Source of the DNA: a phage
Sequence record: NC_094493.1
Direction: 5' to 3' (one strand)
Length of the DNA: 64,000 nt
Of this stretch, positions 28,018 through 37,128 are shown piece by piece. Both the position numbers and the translations under genes were made by a program. The notes beneath the pieces are model-generated. The model was not told the origin of the DNA. It searched no databases and worked only from the letters and a program-made list of their open reading frames with translations. The first letter of the stretch is position 1; every line of letters begins with the position of its first letter.

Positions 28018-28281
28018 TCACCCAACAACCATAGCTTCAAAAGGGGTCATGAACGAATAAACGGCATCATCATCTGCTTCAGGGAATGCTCCCAAAGACT
28101 TCATGTCTGAGCCCTTGACAAATACAAGGTTTTGATCAAAAGCTTCTTGGGGATCAATCCGATACATATTTCGTAGAATGTCGCTTACCTCCTCATCAAG
28201 AGGTGAGTATGCTGTGCACGTTTTTCCGATCAAGCTTTGAGAATCAGGGTATCCACCTGAAGTTTTAAAATAAACAATCAT
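28018..28281 (-). CDS. hypothetical protein
   Basis: ORF in coupled array. Confidence 0.5.
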   Translation of the reverse strand: MIVYFKTSGGYPDSQSLIGKTCTAYSPLDEEVSDILRNMYRIDPQEAFDQNLVFVKGSDMKSLGAFPEADDDAVYSFMTPFEAMVVG

Positions 28282-28372
28282 ATAGTATCACCTCTGGTAA
28301 GAGATTGGGATTCCTTTCCCACAAATAATTACAAATCTTCCTTATCGAGGAAGTATGCTAATCCAAGCAGGA

Positions 28373-28642
28373 TTATTCCTCTACAATCTCATACACATCA
28401 GGAGTTACAATCAACTCTTCTCCGTTACCCGGTGCAACAAACACCACCAAACCTTCAGGTGTGTGCTTTTTAGCCATCTCGATAACATCTTCGCGCAGAG
28501 CTGGCTCCATCAGATCAAAACCTTCACCCAGGGCATCACTAACCACCTTCATATAGTCCACTGGTTGTGCTTCAACAATCATGCCTTCAACCAGTCCACA
28601 GTTTTTGTCTGCCAGCTCAGTTTTGAATAATTTAATTTTCAT
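28373..28642 (-). CDS. small acidic protein (paralogue family)
   Basis: MKIKLFKTEL... ending ...TPDVYEIVEE. Confidence 0.55.
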   Translation of the reverse strand: MKIKLFKTELADKNCGLVEGMIVEAQPVDYMKVVSDALGEGFDLMEPALREDVIEMAKKHTPEGLVVFVAPGNGEELIVTPDVYEIVEE

Positions 28643-28779
28643 TTAGAGGTCTCCTCAATTATTTGATATTAATAGCCGTAACCTAACACATTAACTACAA
28701 TTGCGATTGCAAACATAATTTCAAAGCATGCAATCTCTACATTTGGGACTAATTTCTTAATCACACCCATTGTAGCACC

Positions 28780-29097
28780 TCATTCTCCAAAGTCAATCTT
28801 TACTTTGCCTTTCCCCTTACCTTTCTTTCCACCACATTTAGCCAGCTGACGTGCTGCAACATCTACCATACGGTCAGTTGCCTCGTAAGCATCACTGCCT
28901 TTAGCTTTGGCAATAACTTCTTTTCCAGAATTGTCAAAAATGAACGCCATAACTTCCTGGTGATCATTTTCAACTTTTACACTCACACGTGCATAGTTGG
29001 CAGAGGGGTGCAAACGCTCCAGCTTAGACATTTTGTGGGAAATGAAAGACACCATACCTTCAGTGATTTCTACGTTGCCAGTGATTTCAATTTGCAT
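28780..29097 (-). CDS. hpf: Ribosome hibernation promoting factor / ribosome-associated inhibitor (HPF/RaiA, YfiA family) homologue
   Basis: MQIEITGNVEITEGM...KLE...VSVKVEN...AKGSDAYEATDRMVDVAARQL aligns by eye with E. coli HPF (MQLNITGNNVEITEAL...KLE...VLKVEK...AEGQDMYAAIDGLIDKLARQL); extra Lys/Gly-rich C-terminal tail. Confidence 0.7.
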   Translation of the reverse strand: MQIEITGNVEITEGMVSFISHKMSKLERLHPSANYARVSVKVENDHQEVMAFIFDNSGKEVIAKAKGSDAYEATDRMVDVAARQLAKCGGKKGKGKGKVKIDFGE

Positions 29098-29179
29098 AAC
29101 GTGTTCCTTTTAAAGAAGAGGGAACCAAACCCTCTTTGAAAACAATGATACTAAATCTGAAGCGTTGTGTCAACAGTTT

Positions 29180-29470
29180 TTACAGATTGTTGTCGATAGT
29201 ATTTAAAATATCTACAGCAAGATCTGCCATTTTTCGAACATACTCTGCAAACTCAACAGGATCCTTGATCAAAGAATTTACAGGGTCGTACCCTAGAGCG
29301 TTCAAAATGGCTGCAGCATCTACAACCTTTTCATCATTTGCAAAGATCTCTCCGTCAAACTTATAGGTCCATTTTGAGTCAATCTTGGCAGGGCATGGCT
29401 GGTCCATGCTTGTTACACCATCGTCTTTAACCTCTCCTGCGTTATCAATATTCAGAACTAAATCCATCAT
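29180..29470 (-). CDS. hypothetical acidic protein
   Basis: ORF in coupled array. Confidence 0.5.
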   Translation of the reverse strand: MMDLVLNIDNAGEVKDDGVTSMDQPCPAKIDSKWTYKFDGEIFANDEKVVDAAAILNALGYDPVNSLIKDPVEFAEYVRKMADLAVDILNTIDNNL

Positions 29471-29487
29471 AGTGGCACCTCACTGTT

Positions 29488-29886
29488 TCAGTTTAGCTTT
29501 TCTTCAACAACCCCATAGCTTGGGACAGAATCAAGAGCTTTCTGGTTTAAAAGTGGTGTAGCAGAATCTGCAAACGGTGTCCAAGTTTTTGTTCTGGAAT
29601 TCCAGTAATGCTTCACTCTGGAATCTGGATGCACTATAACAAAAACTTTTTCACTTGTCAACACATTAATTTCTTCTACACCCTTGCTGATAATTTCTCC
29701 GTCATAGCCCCCAGTCTGGTATCCTTCGTACCAGGTTCTTGCATAGGCATAGCCAGCCTGCCAGCATGCAGCCTCCTCCGAGGTGGAGACTACGTAGAAG
29801 TCCTTCTCAAATTCCGGAATACGCCCTTGCTTTACGCTCCAAGCTCCGCGAATTTTCATTGTAACTTTGAACAGTTTATTTTTCAC
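29488..29886 (-). CDS. hypothetical protein (paralogue of 27286-27681)
   Basis: Shared HP..S...YW......WTP motif. Confidence 0.55.
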   Translation of the reverse strand: MKNKLFKVTMKIRGAWSVKQGRIPEFEKDFYVVSTSEEAACWQAGYAYARTWYEGYQTGGYDGEIISKGVEEINVLTSEKVFVIVHPDSRVKHYWNSRTKTWTPFADSATPLLNQKALDSVPSYGVVEEKLN

Positions 29887-29898
29887 AACGGTTACCCA

Positions 29899-30153
29899 TC
29901 ACAGCTCTACAATATCTGCATCTGACCCTACCCCAAAGGCATAATAGGACTCTTCCCCGAAATAATATTCAGGTGCACCAGCGGTGATCAGGTCTGATCC
30001 TAAGATAAACACCACGTTGTGGCCTACATAACTGTGATGTTGCCGCACAGGATCATCCCACGGCAACCCTTCAAAGTATACCGCAGGGACGACCTTTCCT
30101 TTCAGGAAGGATTGCCCCAAGTAGACGTTAGAATCAAGAATTTTAACCTTCAT
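29899..30153 (-). CDS. small acidic protein (MKVK-LD paralogue)
   Basis: MKVKILDSNVYLGQ...DLITAGA...; closely related to 30143 and 33798. Confidence 0.55.
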   Translation of the reverse strand: MKVKILDSNVYLGQSFLKGKVVPAVYFEGLPWDDPVRQHHSYVGHNVVFILGSDLITAGAPEYYFGEESYYAFGVGSDADIVEL

Positions 30154-30370
30154 GATCGTCCTCCACTATCTCTACATCCTCACCTAGGGCAAAGTTGTAG
30201 GTCCACTGACTGTCAAAGCATTCCTGAGATGCACCAGCGGCAATAAGATCTGCCCCTTTTATTTTTAAAAGGTCAGGGTAATCTTCGTTAGGGACAGCAG
30301 TAAACACTTTCCCCACTAAAGGCTCCTGACCAATATAGAATCTTGAATCTAAAACTTTAACTTTCATCAA
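30143..30370 (-). CDS. small acidic protein (MKVK-LD paralogue)
   Basis: MMKVKVLDSRFYIGQ...DLIAAGA...; tandem with 29899. Confidence 0.55.
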   Translation of the reverse strand: MMKVKVLDSRFYIGQEPLVGKVFTAVPNEDYPDLLKIKGADLIAAGASQECFDSQWTYNFALGEDVEIVEDDHEG

Positions 30371-30654
30371 CGGTCTCCATCAGGTGGTTGTGGGACGTAA
30401 ACACTGTTACGAATATCGTCCGCAGTATAGTAATAAGTGTCTCCAACCCTATCTCTGGCTGCAATGTACTCTGCTATACCAATAAGTGCCATTGATTTGG
30501 TGGCGTATCTTCCCCACTCGTTAGCTCCCCAGTAGAATTTAGACCAATAGGGAATAAGACCGAACAAATATACCTTTTGACGAACTTCCCAGTAAGTGCC
30601 TTTCCCGACAAGTTTAAACTCAACTTCACCACTGTTAATCTTTTTCATTATCAA
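30367..30654 (-). CDS. hypothetical protein
   Basis: ORF, 4-nt overlap coupling. Confidence 0.5.
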   Translation of the reverse strand: MIMKKINSGEVEFKLVGKGTYWEVRQKVYLFGLIPYWSKFYWGANEWGRYATKSMALIGIAEYIAARDRVGDTYYYTADDIRNSVYVPQPPDGDR

Positions 30655-30947
30655 TCTCCCTCTACCGTGGTCGGATTGTCAGTAAGAAATTGAGCATTAG
30701 CTGGAGGCACACCTGACATTTTCCACACGACCATAAGTTTGTAACCAGGCACTCTATTAAGCGCAGATCGAGTAGAGTTTGTGCACGTATACTTTCGCTT
30801 TCCAAACCCGTTCTCCATCATAATCCAGTACCCAGTATCTTTGTCACCAGGTATTGGTAGACCACCTTCATCAACCCACTGAATGGACCACGGCACGATG
30901 GCTACAGCTTTATATTTAAACTTTTTAAACCACTCAAAAAGTTTCAT
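30651..30947 (-). CDS. hypothetical protein
   Basis: ORF, coupled. Confidence 0.5.
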   Translation of the reverse strand: MKLFEWFKKFKYKAVAIVPWSIQWVDEGGLPIPGDKDTGYWIMMENGFGKRKYTCTNSTRSALNRVPGYKLMVVWKMSGVPPANAQFLTDNPTTVEGD

Positions 30948-31042
30948 AATTCAGCCTCGCATAGACATAATCACTATAAACAGGCAAACAATGAATCCGA
31001 ATGCCACGCCACCCATAAACGTTAATATTGATGCAATCATAG

Positions 31043-31228
31043 TCAATCAGCCTCGCTTGGCAACTCTTCCACCTTAACATGCCGAAAAGTGTTACCGTAA
31101 TGGTTGATCCATGACATCAGCTCACTTTCTTGCTCTTCCTCTGGGATGAACTCTCGAATACTGACAAGTTTTAAGAAAACCCAATCACAATCTGCACCCA
31201 TTCTACCAGACAGACAATAGTGCTTCAT
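31043..31228 (-). CDS. hypothetical protein
   Basis: Short ORF in array. Confidence 0.35.
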   Translation of the reverse strand: MKHYCLSGRMGADCDWVFLKLVSIREFIPEEEQESELMSWINHYGNTFRHVKVEELPSEAD

Positions 31229-31247
31229 AAAAACCCTCCATCCTGGT

Positions 31248-31448
31248 TTAGAATACTGCCTCTTTTAATGATCCAAGGAGCAGCAGGTGTGAAATCTGAT
31301 CCACATCCATGGTAGATTCAATCTCCTCTTTTTTGAAAGGTTCTCGGCAAAACAGTACTACATTTGGGTTTTCGCTACGCACTATATAATACAGATCGTT
31401 CAAATCATTCTCATAGTAGGTATTAAATTTAAGAATTTTGTCACTCAT
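31248..31448 (-). CDS. hypothetical protein
   Basis: ORF; 4-nt overlap with upstream gene. Confidence 0.45.
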   Translation of the reverse strand: MSDKILKFNTYYENDLNDLYYIVRSENPNVVLFCREPFKKEEIESTMDVDQISHLLLLGSLKEAVF

Positions 31449-31732
31449 TTTCTAATCCTCTTCTTAGATTTTTGTGCAGAAACGCTTTCTGCAATACGAG
31501 ACAGGCGTTCTTCTGAAGCTTTACCTACCCCAGGTTTCTTGAGCGGGTTATCTTTATGACCGCAATCCAATTGGATGCTAGATACCTCCCCAACCTTGTA
31601 AGTCAATTCTAACAAAAGGTTGTCGTCCTTGTCAAATGTTTTTACGATAAATTTTTTATCGTCCTCCTGAACTTCATACCTAGTACCTGCAGTATACAGC
31701 ATGGTGCCATCAGTGTAGGATATCCAAATCAT
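31445..31732 (-). CDS. hypothetical protein
   Basis: ORF, coupled. Confidence 0.5.
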   Translation of the reverse strand: MIWISYTDGTMLYTAGTRYEVQEDDKKFIVKTFDKDDNLLLELTYKVGEVSSIQLDCGHKDNPLKKPGVGKASEERLSRIAESVSAQKSKKRIRK

Positions 31733-32076
31733 TGCACCTCCTTCTGCTGCAACAGCATTAACTCTTTGTTGGAAATCTTTACTGCTGTCTTTATTGTTCC
31801 ATCTTCACGGAACCACGACCAGAATTCTACAGTGTCACCACTATCAAGCAAGGCATGACCATGGTAAAAATCCTTGTCCTTAGACAGTTTCTCATCTATA
31901 TCTGCATCGACACATTCGTGATCCATAGCATTTTGCCTGAATGCATCGGTTATGCCAATGCATGCCTTGCTCTCAAGACTGGTATATCCGATATCTTTTA
32001 ATTCAGTTTCCCAAGTCCAGTATCCTACAAAAGCCACAACAGCTACCCACATTAATATCGATTTAATCTTTGACAT
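31729..32076 (-). CDS. hypothetical protein with N-terminal signal/anchor
   Basis: Hydrophobic N-terminus MSKIKSILMWVAVVAFVGYWTW. Confidence 0.5.
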   Translation of the reverse strand: MSKIKSILMWVAVVAFVGYWTWETELKDIGYTSLESKACIGITDAFRQNAMDHECVDADIDEKLSKDKDFYHGHALLDSGDTVEFWSWFREDGTIKTAVKISNKELMLLQQKEVQ

Positions 32077-32136
32077 TCTCTCTACCTCTTTCTTAATTTG
32101 TTTAATTATGGCACATCCTTTGTGCCTTGTTGCACA

Positions 32137-32598
32137 CTACTTAAACAACAGTTCAAAATAGTGCAAAATTAACAGAAGTTGAATTACGCCTAGCACAACA
32201 GCAAGTATGTTAATCTTAGAATCAAAAAACTTCTTAACTTTTACCCTAAAAGGTTCCTTAATGTCCTTTACGATCCTATCTATAGATGACCTCATATCCC
32301 TGATTACCATCCTGAACATTAAAGACGGATGATCCCTCTCTGTAACGGAATCGAAAACATACTCTCTTTGATCACAAGGGCCGCCAGCTCTGCGTATTAA
32401 CCTCTCCACAGAGACCTCGTACGACACACCTGTAACGTAATCATCTATGACAAGGAGTGACGGGTCTTTATCGTCCAAGGGTATCAAAGTTATCTTTCCA
32501 GATTTTGTTAAAATTTCTCCTTTTTCAAGTAAGGTGTACCAATGCTCTCTGCCAAGACTGTTGAGGCACGTTTTTACATATTTAACAAACATCGTCAC
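32137..32598 (-). CDS. hypothetical protein with C-terminal transmembrane helix
   Basis: 153 aa ORF; hydrophobic C-terminus ILAVVLGVIQLLLILHYF. Confidence 0.5.
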   Translation of the reverse strand: MTMFVKYVKTCLNSLGREHWYTLLEKGEILTKSGKITLIPLDDKDPSLLVIDDYVTGVSYEVSVERLIRRAGGPCDQREYVFDSVTERDHPSLMFRMVIRDMRSSIDRIVKDIKEPFRVKVKKFFDSKINILAVVLGVIQLLLILHYFELLFK

Positions 32599-32780
32599 CC
32601 CTCATCGCACGTCTGATATAACCACTCTATAAAATCTTGATACCATTCGCCCTCTGAGCGCTCCGTAGGCCAATAATCTTCACCCTCTCGTGCATTAAAA
32701 TCTGAGTATTCAACTTTCCACTCCTTTACCAGCTCGTGGAGAAGGTTTTCAGCCTGCTCTAAAGATTTATTTTTTGCCAT
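32595..32780 (-). CDS. hypothetical protein
   Basis: ORF; start placed at ATG 32780 after RBS aaggaga (MAKNKSLEQ...). Confidence 0.45.
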   Translation of the reverse strand: MAKNKSLEQAENLLHELVKEWKVEYSDFNAREGEDYWPTERSEGEWYQDFIEWLYQTCDEG

Positions 32781-32999
32781 TGCTGTCTCCTTTTTCAAGA
32801 TAGTTATACATCAGAACTGCACCACCTAAGATGGCTACCAGTAACAATACCCCAGATAGCATCTCAATAAACATGGCTTGAAACACTGGAAGGTCTCCCT
32901 AAATTAACGCACCATTTTAAATACATGCTCTTTTCCCATAAAGGTGCCTGGCTAAGATCTGCGTAGAACGCAATCTCTTTAAGAACAGTATAAACAGTT

Positions 33000-33236
33000 T
33001 TAGGTGCGGTCTCCATCCCTACTCTCCTTTTTCTCCTTACGGATATTCTTGTAGTAATCAACTAGGCACATTATTACAATGAAGATAACAATAGGCCAAA
33101 AAGGTGCAGCAGTGATGATGGTGATAAAATCATCAAACTTCACCTTTCGTCTAGCTACTATGCATACACCTGTCAAGAATACCGCTGTTATAACGGCTAT
33201 TACCAGGTAACCTATTAGCACAGCATTTATACTCAT
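33000..33236 (-). CDS. putative membrane protein (two transmembrane helices)
   Basis: Strongly hydrophobic, with a basic C-terminus. Confidence 0.45.
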   Translation of the reverse strand: MSINAVLIGYLVIAVITAVFLTGVCIVARRKVKFDDFITIITAAPFWPIVIFIVIMCLVDYYKNIRKEKKESRDGDRT

Positions 33237-33267
33237 TAGTCCTCCCTTTTGTAGGTTAAATTATATA

Positions 33268-33801
33268 CTACAGATGGTTGCTTATGGTGTCAAGAAAATT
33301 ATCTCGTTCTTTCTCGGAGTTTTCACGGGTGTAGCTGAAAAACATATCTAGAATAACCTTATTGATATATTCCAGCTCCTCTGTGTTCAGGTACTTAGCA
33401 GGATCTACAATGACATCCCAAATATCATACAGACCACACTCATGATATCCATAACGCCACTCAATTGTCAAGCTGAGCGGCAAATCTTTACCGTCACAAA
33501 CAACCTTCCATCTACATATGTTGGTATCTGGGCGTATCTGTGCACGGTATACCTGTACAAAATCCAATTTGAATTTGAGGTATTCGTCATACAATTTAAG
33601 CACAAAGCTCTCGATTTGTGGAGACACTTTTGCAGCAAACTGTGCGTATTTGTATTTGCACTGGATGATCTTTCTGCGTTTTGCAGTTAAATTTTTTGCC
33701 GCCAGTTGTTCTTCAGTGTATCTCCACCTACGATCAACAAACGCAACAGGGTCTTTGTCCCCATAGAGGTCTTCCCAGTTAATCAGAAGCATACCTGTCA
33801 C
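33268..33801 (-). CDS. hypothetical protein
   Basis: 177 aa ORF. Confidence 0.5.
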   Translation of the reverse strand: MTGMLLINWEDLYGDKDPVAFVDRRWRYTEEQLAAKNLTAKRRKIIQCKYKYAQFAAKVSPQIESFVLKLYDEYLKFKLDFVQVYRAQIRPDTNICRWKVVCDGKDLPLSLTIEWRYGYHECGLYDIWDVIVDPAKYLNTEELEYINKVILDMFFSYTRENSEKERDNFLDTISNHL

Positions 33802-34031
33802 TCCTCCACAACTTCAAGGCCTTTACCGCCTCGCTCTGGCAGATTACTTAAAGATAGGTAATACATATAATCAGGAGAGATCCTGCCAGACTCTGCACCT
33901 GCAGATAGTAAATCTTTTCCCTTAACCATGACAACATTATCGTTTGCAGATAGTCGTTTTGCTTCCACAATTTTACCAACGCAGTCAACCAAGGAAGGGT
34001 ACCCTAAATCTGTAAGAAATTTAACTTTCAT
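33798..34031 (-). CDS. small acidic protein (MKVK-LD paralogue)
   Basis: MKVKFLTDLGYPSL...DLLSAGA...GLEVVEE. Confidence 0.55.
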   Translation of the reverse strand: MKVKFLTDLGYPSLVDCVGKIVEAKRLSANDNVVMVKGKDLLSAGAESGRISPDYMYYLSLSNLPERGGKGLEVVEE

Positions 34032-34070
34032 GCTACCTCCTACCTCTACCGTCCCTGGTAAGATAAATTA

Positions 34071-34469
34071 TTACTGAACAAAGCGCGGAGCTGGGAAGGA
34101 TAACTCTTCTAAAGAGAAGATTTCATTCCCCACAATCCATGTTGCAGGATCATCTGGGTTGACTGGATAGATAATCATCACCTCGTCAGTGTTACATACC
34201 CGCTTTTTACCTGTGGAGTCATCAGCAACCAGCATGCGCGGTTCTTCAGAAATGCACAGGTAGCCTCCTCGGCCCACTGTTCCTTCCACAGGGTCTTGCC
34301 CTTTGATCACGATGATTATCTTCTCTCCTGTGGTGATATTACCTTGCACACTCACCGTTTGACCAACTTTAGATGTGCCGAACTTGGTGGTTTCAAACAT
34401 TAAATCTCGAATTACTGTTGCATAGTCTCCAGACACTTTCTTACCTTCTTTAGTGATCTCAATCTTCAT
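34071..34469 (-). CDS. hypothetical protein
   Basis: 132 aa ORF. Confidence 0.5.
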   Translation of the reverse strand: MKIEITKEGKKVSGDYATVIRDLMFETTKFGTSKVGQTVSVQGNITTGEKIIIVIKGQDPVEGTVGRGGYLCISEEPRMLVADDSTGKKRVCNTDEVMIIYPVNPDDPATWIVGNEIFSLEELSFPAPRFVQ

Positions 34470-34732
34470 ACACTGGGCTCCTTAAATGAATCTATGTAAT
34501 CAATTAAATCCCAAGCATCCCTATGACCTGTCAGAGGGTATACTTCTCCAAGAGGGATCATAGCAATAAGTCTATCAAAAACCCAATCTGGGCGCAACAT
34601 TTTATGGTGATACTCCCACTCACCTTCTACAGATTTTTTCTGAGTAATCAGGATCTCTGTGTAGTGTTTCGCCTGTCTTGAGTAAATTGAAAATGACTTG
34701 TACATAAATGACCCCCTTGTTGAGAACAACAA
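34466..34732 (-). CDS. hypothetical protein
   Basis: ORF, 4-nt overlap. Confidence 0.45.
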   Translation of the reverse strand: MLFSTRGSFMYKSFSIYSRQAKHYTEILITQKKSVEGEWEYHHKMLRPDWVFDRLIAMIPLGEVYPLTGHRDAWDLIDYIDSFKEPSV

Positions 34733-34739
34733 TACATAA

Positions 34740-35021
34740 CTACCAGGTTACTGTCAAGTAGGCAACCGTGTTATTTTTCTCTGGAGAGATGCCAACAACA
34801 TCTACCTGCAGACCTCCTGCCCTCAAATCCCCAACAATATGCGGGAAGTAATCTGAGAGATGTGAGGGTAGATTTATCGAAAATCCGCATCCCAGAAAGC
34901 CTGCTAACGCTTTATTTTGTATCTCCCCTACAATCGCATCATAAATGGAGTTAAGCTCGTCAGGGAGCGTTACAGGACGTTTTAGCGCTAACTGGTGCAA
35001 CTTGTCCTTAGCACTCATTTT
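34740..35021 (-). CDS. hypothetical protein
   Basis: Start placed at ATG overlapping the upstream stop by 1 nt (MKMSAKD...). Confidence 0.45.
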   Translation of the reverse strand, partial: KMSAKDKLHQLALKRPVTLPDELNSIYDAIVGEIQNKALAGFLGCGFSINLPSHLSDYFPHIVGDLRAGGLQVDVVGISPEKNNTVAYLTVTW

Positions 35022-35554
35022 CATTTCAAATCTGCCTCTGGTGGTGCCAACCACATAAATGGCGGCAAGTTTAGACGGTTTTTCTTGTCCCATACAAAAT
35101 ATGCATATGCCTGCCCATCCGTTCTACCATTGGATTGGAATGACGGGCGCTTAGATATTGTGATCACAGTGGTAGGTGCATTATCAAGCCACCATTCAAA
35201 TCTGGCCTTGCTTTCCAGAAAATTAAGACGCAAAAGCATAATAACTACGTCGGCATCTTTCAACGCCTTGTCCACAAACTCACGAGCCAGGCTGTACGGC
35301 GGGTTGGTGATAATACAGTCAACATGGTTGTATTCTGTATTCAGATAGTCAACACCTTCTTGGATTTCTCCCCATGCAGATCCTAATGGCATACGGGAGT
35401 AGAACACACCTGAGGCACTATTCCTGCAAGGCTCTAAGTAGGTCCAGTCTTCTGGGAACGTAATAAGGTCATACAGCCCTTCTGCACACCACTCCGGTGT
35501 CACATACTCATCGTAGGCGTTACGTTGTTCATCAGGTTTTCTAGCACAAGTCAT
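35021..35554 (-). CDS. DNA methyltransferase (amino-methyltransferase, NPPY motif)
   Basis: IITNPPYS catalytic motif IV of N6-adenine/N4-cytosine methyltransferases; 177 aa. Confidence 0.55.
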   Translation of the reverse strand: MTCARKPDEQRNAYDEYVTPEWCAEGLYDLITFPEDWTYLEPCRNSASGVFYSRMPLGSAWGEIQEGVDYLNTEYNHVDCIITNPPYSLAREFVDKALKDADVVIMLLRLNFLESKARFEWWLDNAPTTVITISKRPSFQSNGRTDGQAYAYFVWDKKNRLNLPPFMWLAPPEADLK

Positions 35555-35564
35555 GCAAATCTCC

Positions 35565-35596
35565 AGATCATAAAAGCCCTCCGAAGAGGGCTTTAG
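35565..35596 (-). terminator. Putative intrinsic terminator
   Basis: - strand hairpin agccctcttcggagggct followed by TTTAT. Confidence 0.5.
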
Positions 35597-35605
35597 AATT
35601 AATGT

Positions 35606-36655
35606 TTAAGCTTCTTCGACAATTCCTGCACCCAGGATTTTTTCATTGAGCTCTTTTGCTGTTTTAATGATATTGTCCATCAGACGCTTGCGGGTCTTAT
35701 CTTTCACCTTAACCTCTTCACCGCCGTTCAGAGTAGTCTTCAATTGAGACAGAATATCCTGAAGTTCAACGACAGAGAATCTCTGCAGATCTTCTGAAGT
35801 AATCTCACCCAGGGCAATTCTGACGGTCTCGCCACTTTCCATCTGCAGATTCAGGAACACAGTGTGAACATCACCTTTCGAACCACCCGCTTTTGCAGAT
35901 TCAACCGCATGAACTAACTCATCTAAAGATGTGCACTGGTGAATCTCCGGAAGACCTGCTTCACCTAACACGCCTTCTTCATCACCTTTTGCCAGAAGCT
36001 TTTTCGGTTTTTGTCCGTTCTGGATGCGTTGTATGTTGCCTTCATCCAGAATAATAGCTCCAGTGCGTGCTGCCAGCTCTTCTCCGTCCAACCACACTTC
36101 GCCACCAGCTGTGATGGATGCGATCTCATCTTCTGTTAGCACCCCACCGTAGTATTTTTCGATCAGGCGTTCAAAACGTTTTTTCCAGTAGCTGACCTGA
36201 GTATTCATGTTCACACCGTTACCATAAGTGCCACCTTGATAGTAGTGGAACATAAACTCTGTGTCCGGAGCCACAGTACGTTCTTTACAACCAAGCCATA
36301 AGATTGTTCCAGCAGAGCAGCACATCCCTTCAGCATGTGCAACAACGCTTGCCTGAGACTCTCGGAATGCCTGCAGATAAGCCATTGCAATGTGCACGCA
36401 ACCCCCAGGGCTATTGATGATCACCCGAATGCTTTCTTCCGGCTGAGCCATACGGATCGTCTGCAGACGAGACATATGATCTTGTAAGTCTTCCAAATCG
36501 TCGATATAAAGAACGTGGTCAACAACAGGTGTTGGGTAGCTGTATGTTTCCATGATACCGCCCGGCATACCAAACATTTTATTACTCATAGGTTCGAAAC
36601 CGTTCTGTTTTTCTTTCATGCCGTGTACCATGGCTCTGCGAGGTGTTAAATTCAT
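35606..36655 (-). CDS. ClpP-family serine peptidase with N- and C-terminal extensions
   Basis: VINSPGGCV...GMCCSAG (Ser site) ...FMFHYYQGG (His) aligns with ClpP INSPGG...GQAASMG...MIHQPLGG. Confidence 0.6.
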   Translation of the reverse strand: MNLTPRRAMVHGMKEKQNGFEPMSNKMFGMPGGIMETYSYPTPVVDHVLYIDDLEDLQDHMSRLQTIRMAQPEESIRVIINSPGGCVHIAMAYLQAFRESQASVVAHAEGMCCSAGTILWLGCKERTVAPDTEFMFHYYQGGTYGNGVNMNTQVSYWKKRFERLIEKYYGGVLTEDEIASITAGGEVWLDGEELAARTGAIILDEGNIQRIQNGQKPKKLLAKGDEEGVLGEAGLPEIHQCTSLDELVHAVESAKAGGSKGDVHTVFLNLQMESGETVRIALGEITSEDLQRFSVVELQDILSQLKTTLNGGEEVKVKDKTRKRLMDNIIKTAKELNEKILGAGIVEEA

Positions 36656-36715
36656 GAGAAATCCTTAATATTGGAAGTTGAAAGCTATTTATTTAAACCT
36701 GATTCACATTTACCT

Positions 36716-37027
36716 TTATTTAGCAATCACTATGGAATACTTACGATTGTCAGAAGCATCACAACTCAATGATTGCCAGTCTACCACATACCACGTATCA
36801 TTGTCAACAATTACTTTATCGCCTGTTCTGTAGCAAGTGCTGCTTTCAATAATTCTAGACTCGATAAAGAATCTGTGTCGGCGCTCACGTAGCAACGCTA
36901 AGTTAATTATATTACCACCGCTGTCCTTGGTCCACACATTCTTGGATCCCTTATTTGCCAAAATTGTCTCTCCGTTATAGACAAACAGGCAGTATATTTT
37001 ATTCAGTTTCTCTTGTATTGTAGCCAT
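36716..37027 (-). CDS. hypothetical protein
   Basis: ORF with its own promoter at 37056-37084. Confidence 0.5.
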   Translation of the reverse strand: MATIQEKLNKIYCLFVYNGETILANKGSKNVWTKDSGGNIINLALLRERRHRFFIESRIIESSTCYRTGDKVIVDNDTWYVVDWQSLSCDASDNRKYSIVIAK

Positions 37028-37055
37028 ACTGTCCTTCTCTCTGTTTTGTCCGATA

Positions 37056-37084
37056 ATAATATCTAAAGCTTACCTATTTGTCAA
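37056..37084 (-). promoter_or_regulatory. sigma70-like promoter (- strand)
   Basis: - strand reads TTGACA, 17 bp spacer, TATTAT. Confidence 0.5.
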
Positions 37085-37128
37085 CAACTGTTTTAGATAT
37101 TTAAGGGTGGAATAACCACCCTTCTGTA

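Noticed and set aside
32864-33061. 65 aa ORF on the - strand
   Set aside because: It overlaps the better-supported membrane-protein ORF 33000-33236 and lacks an RBS.
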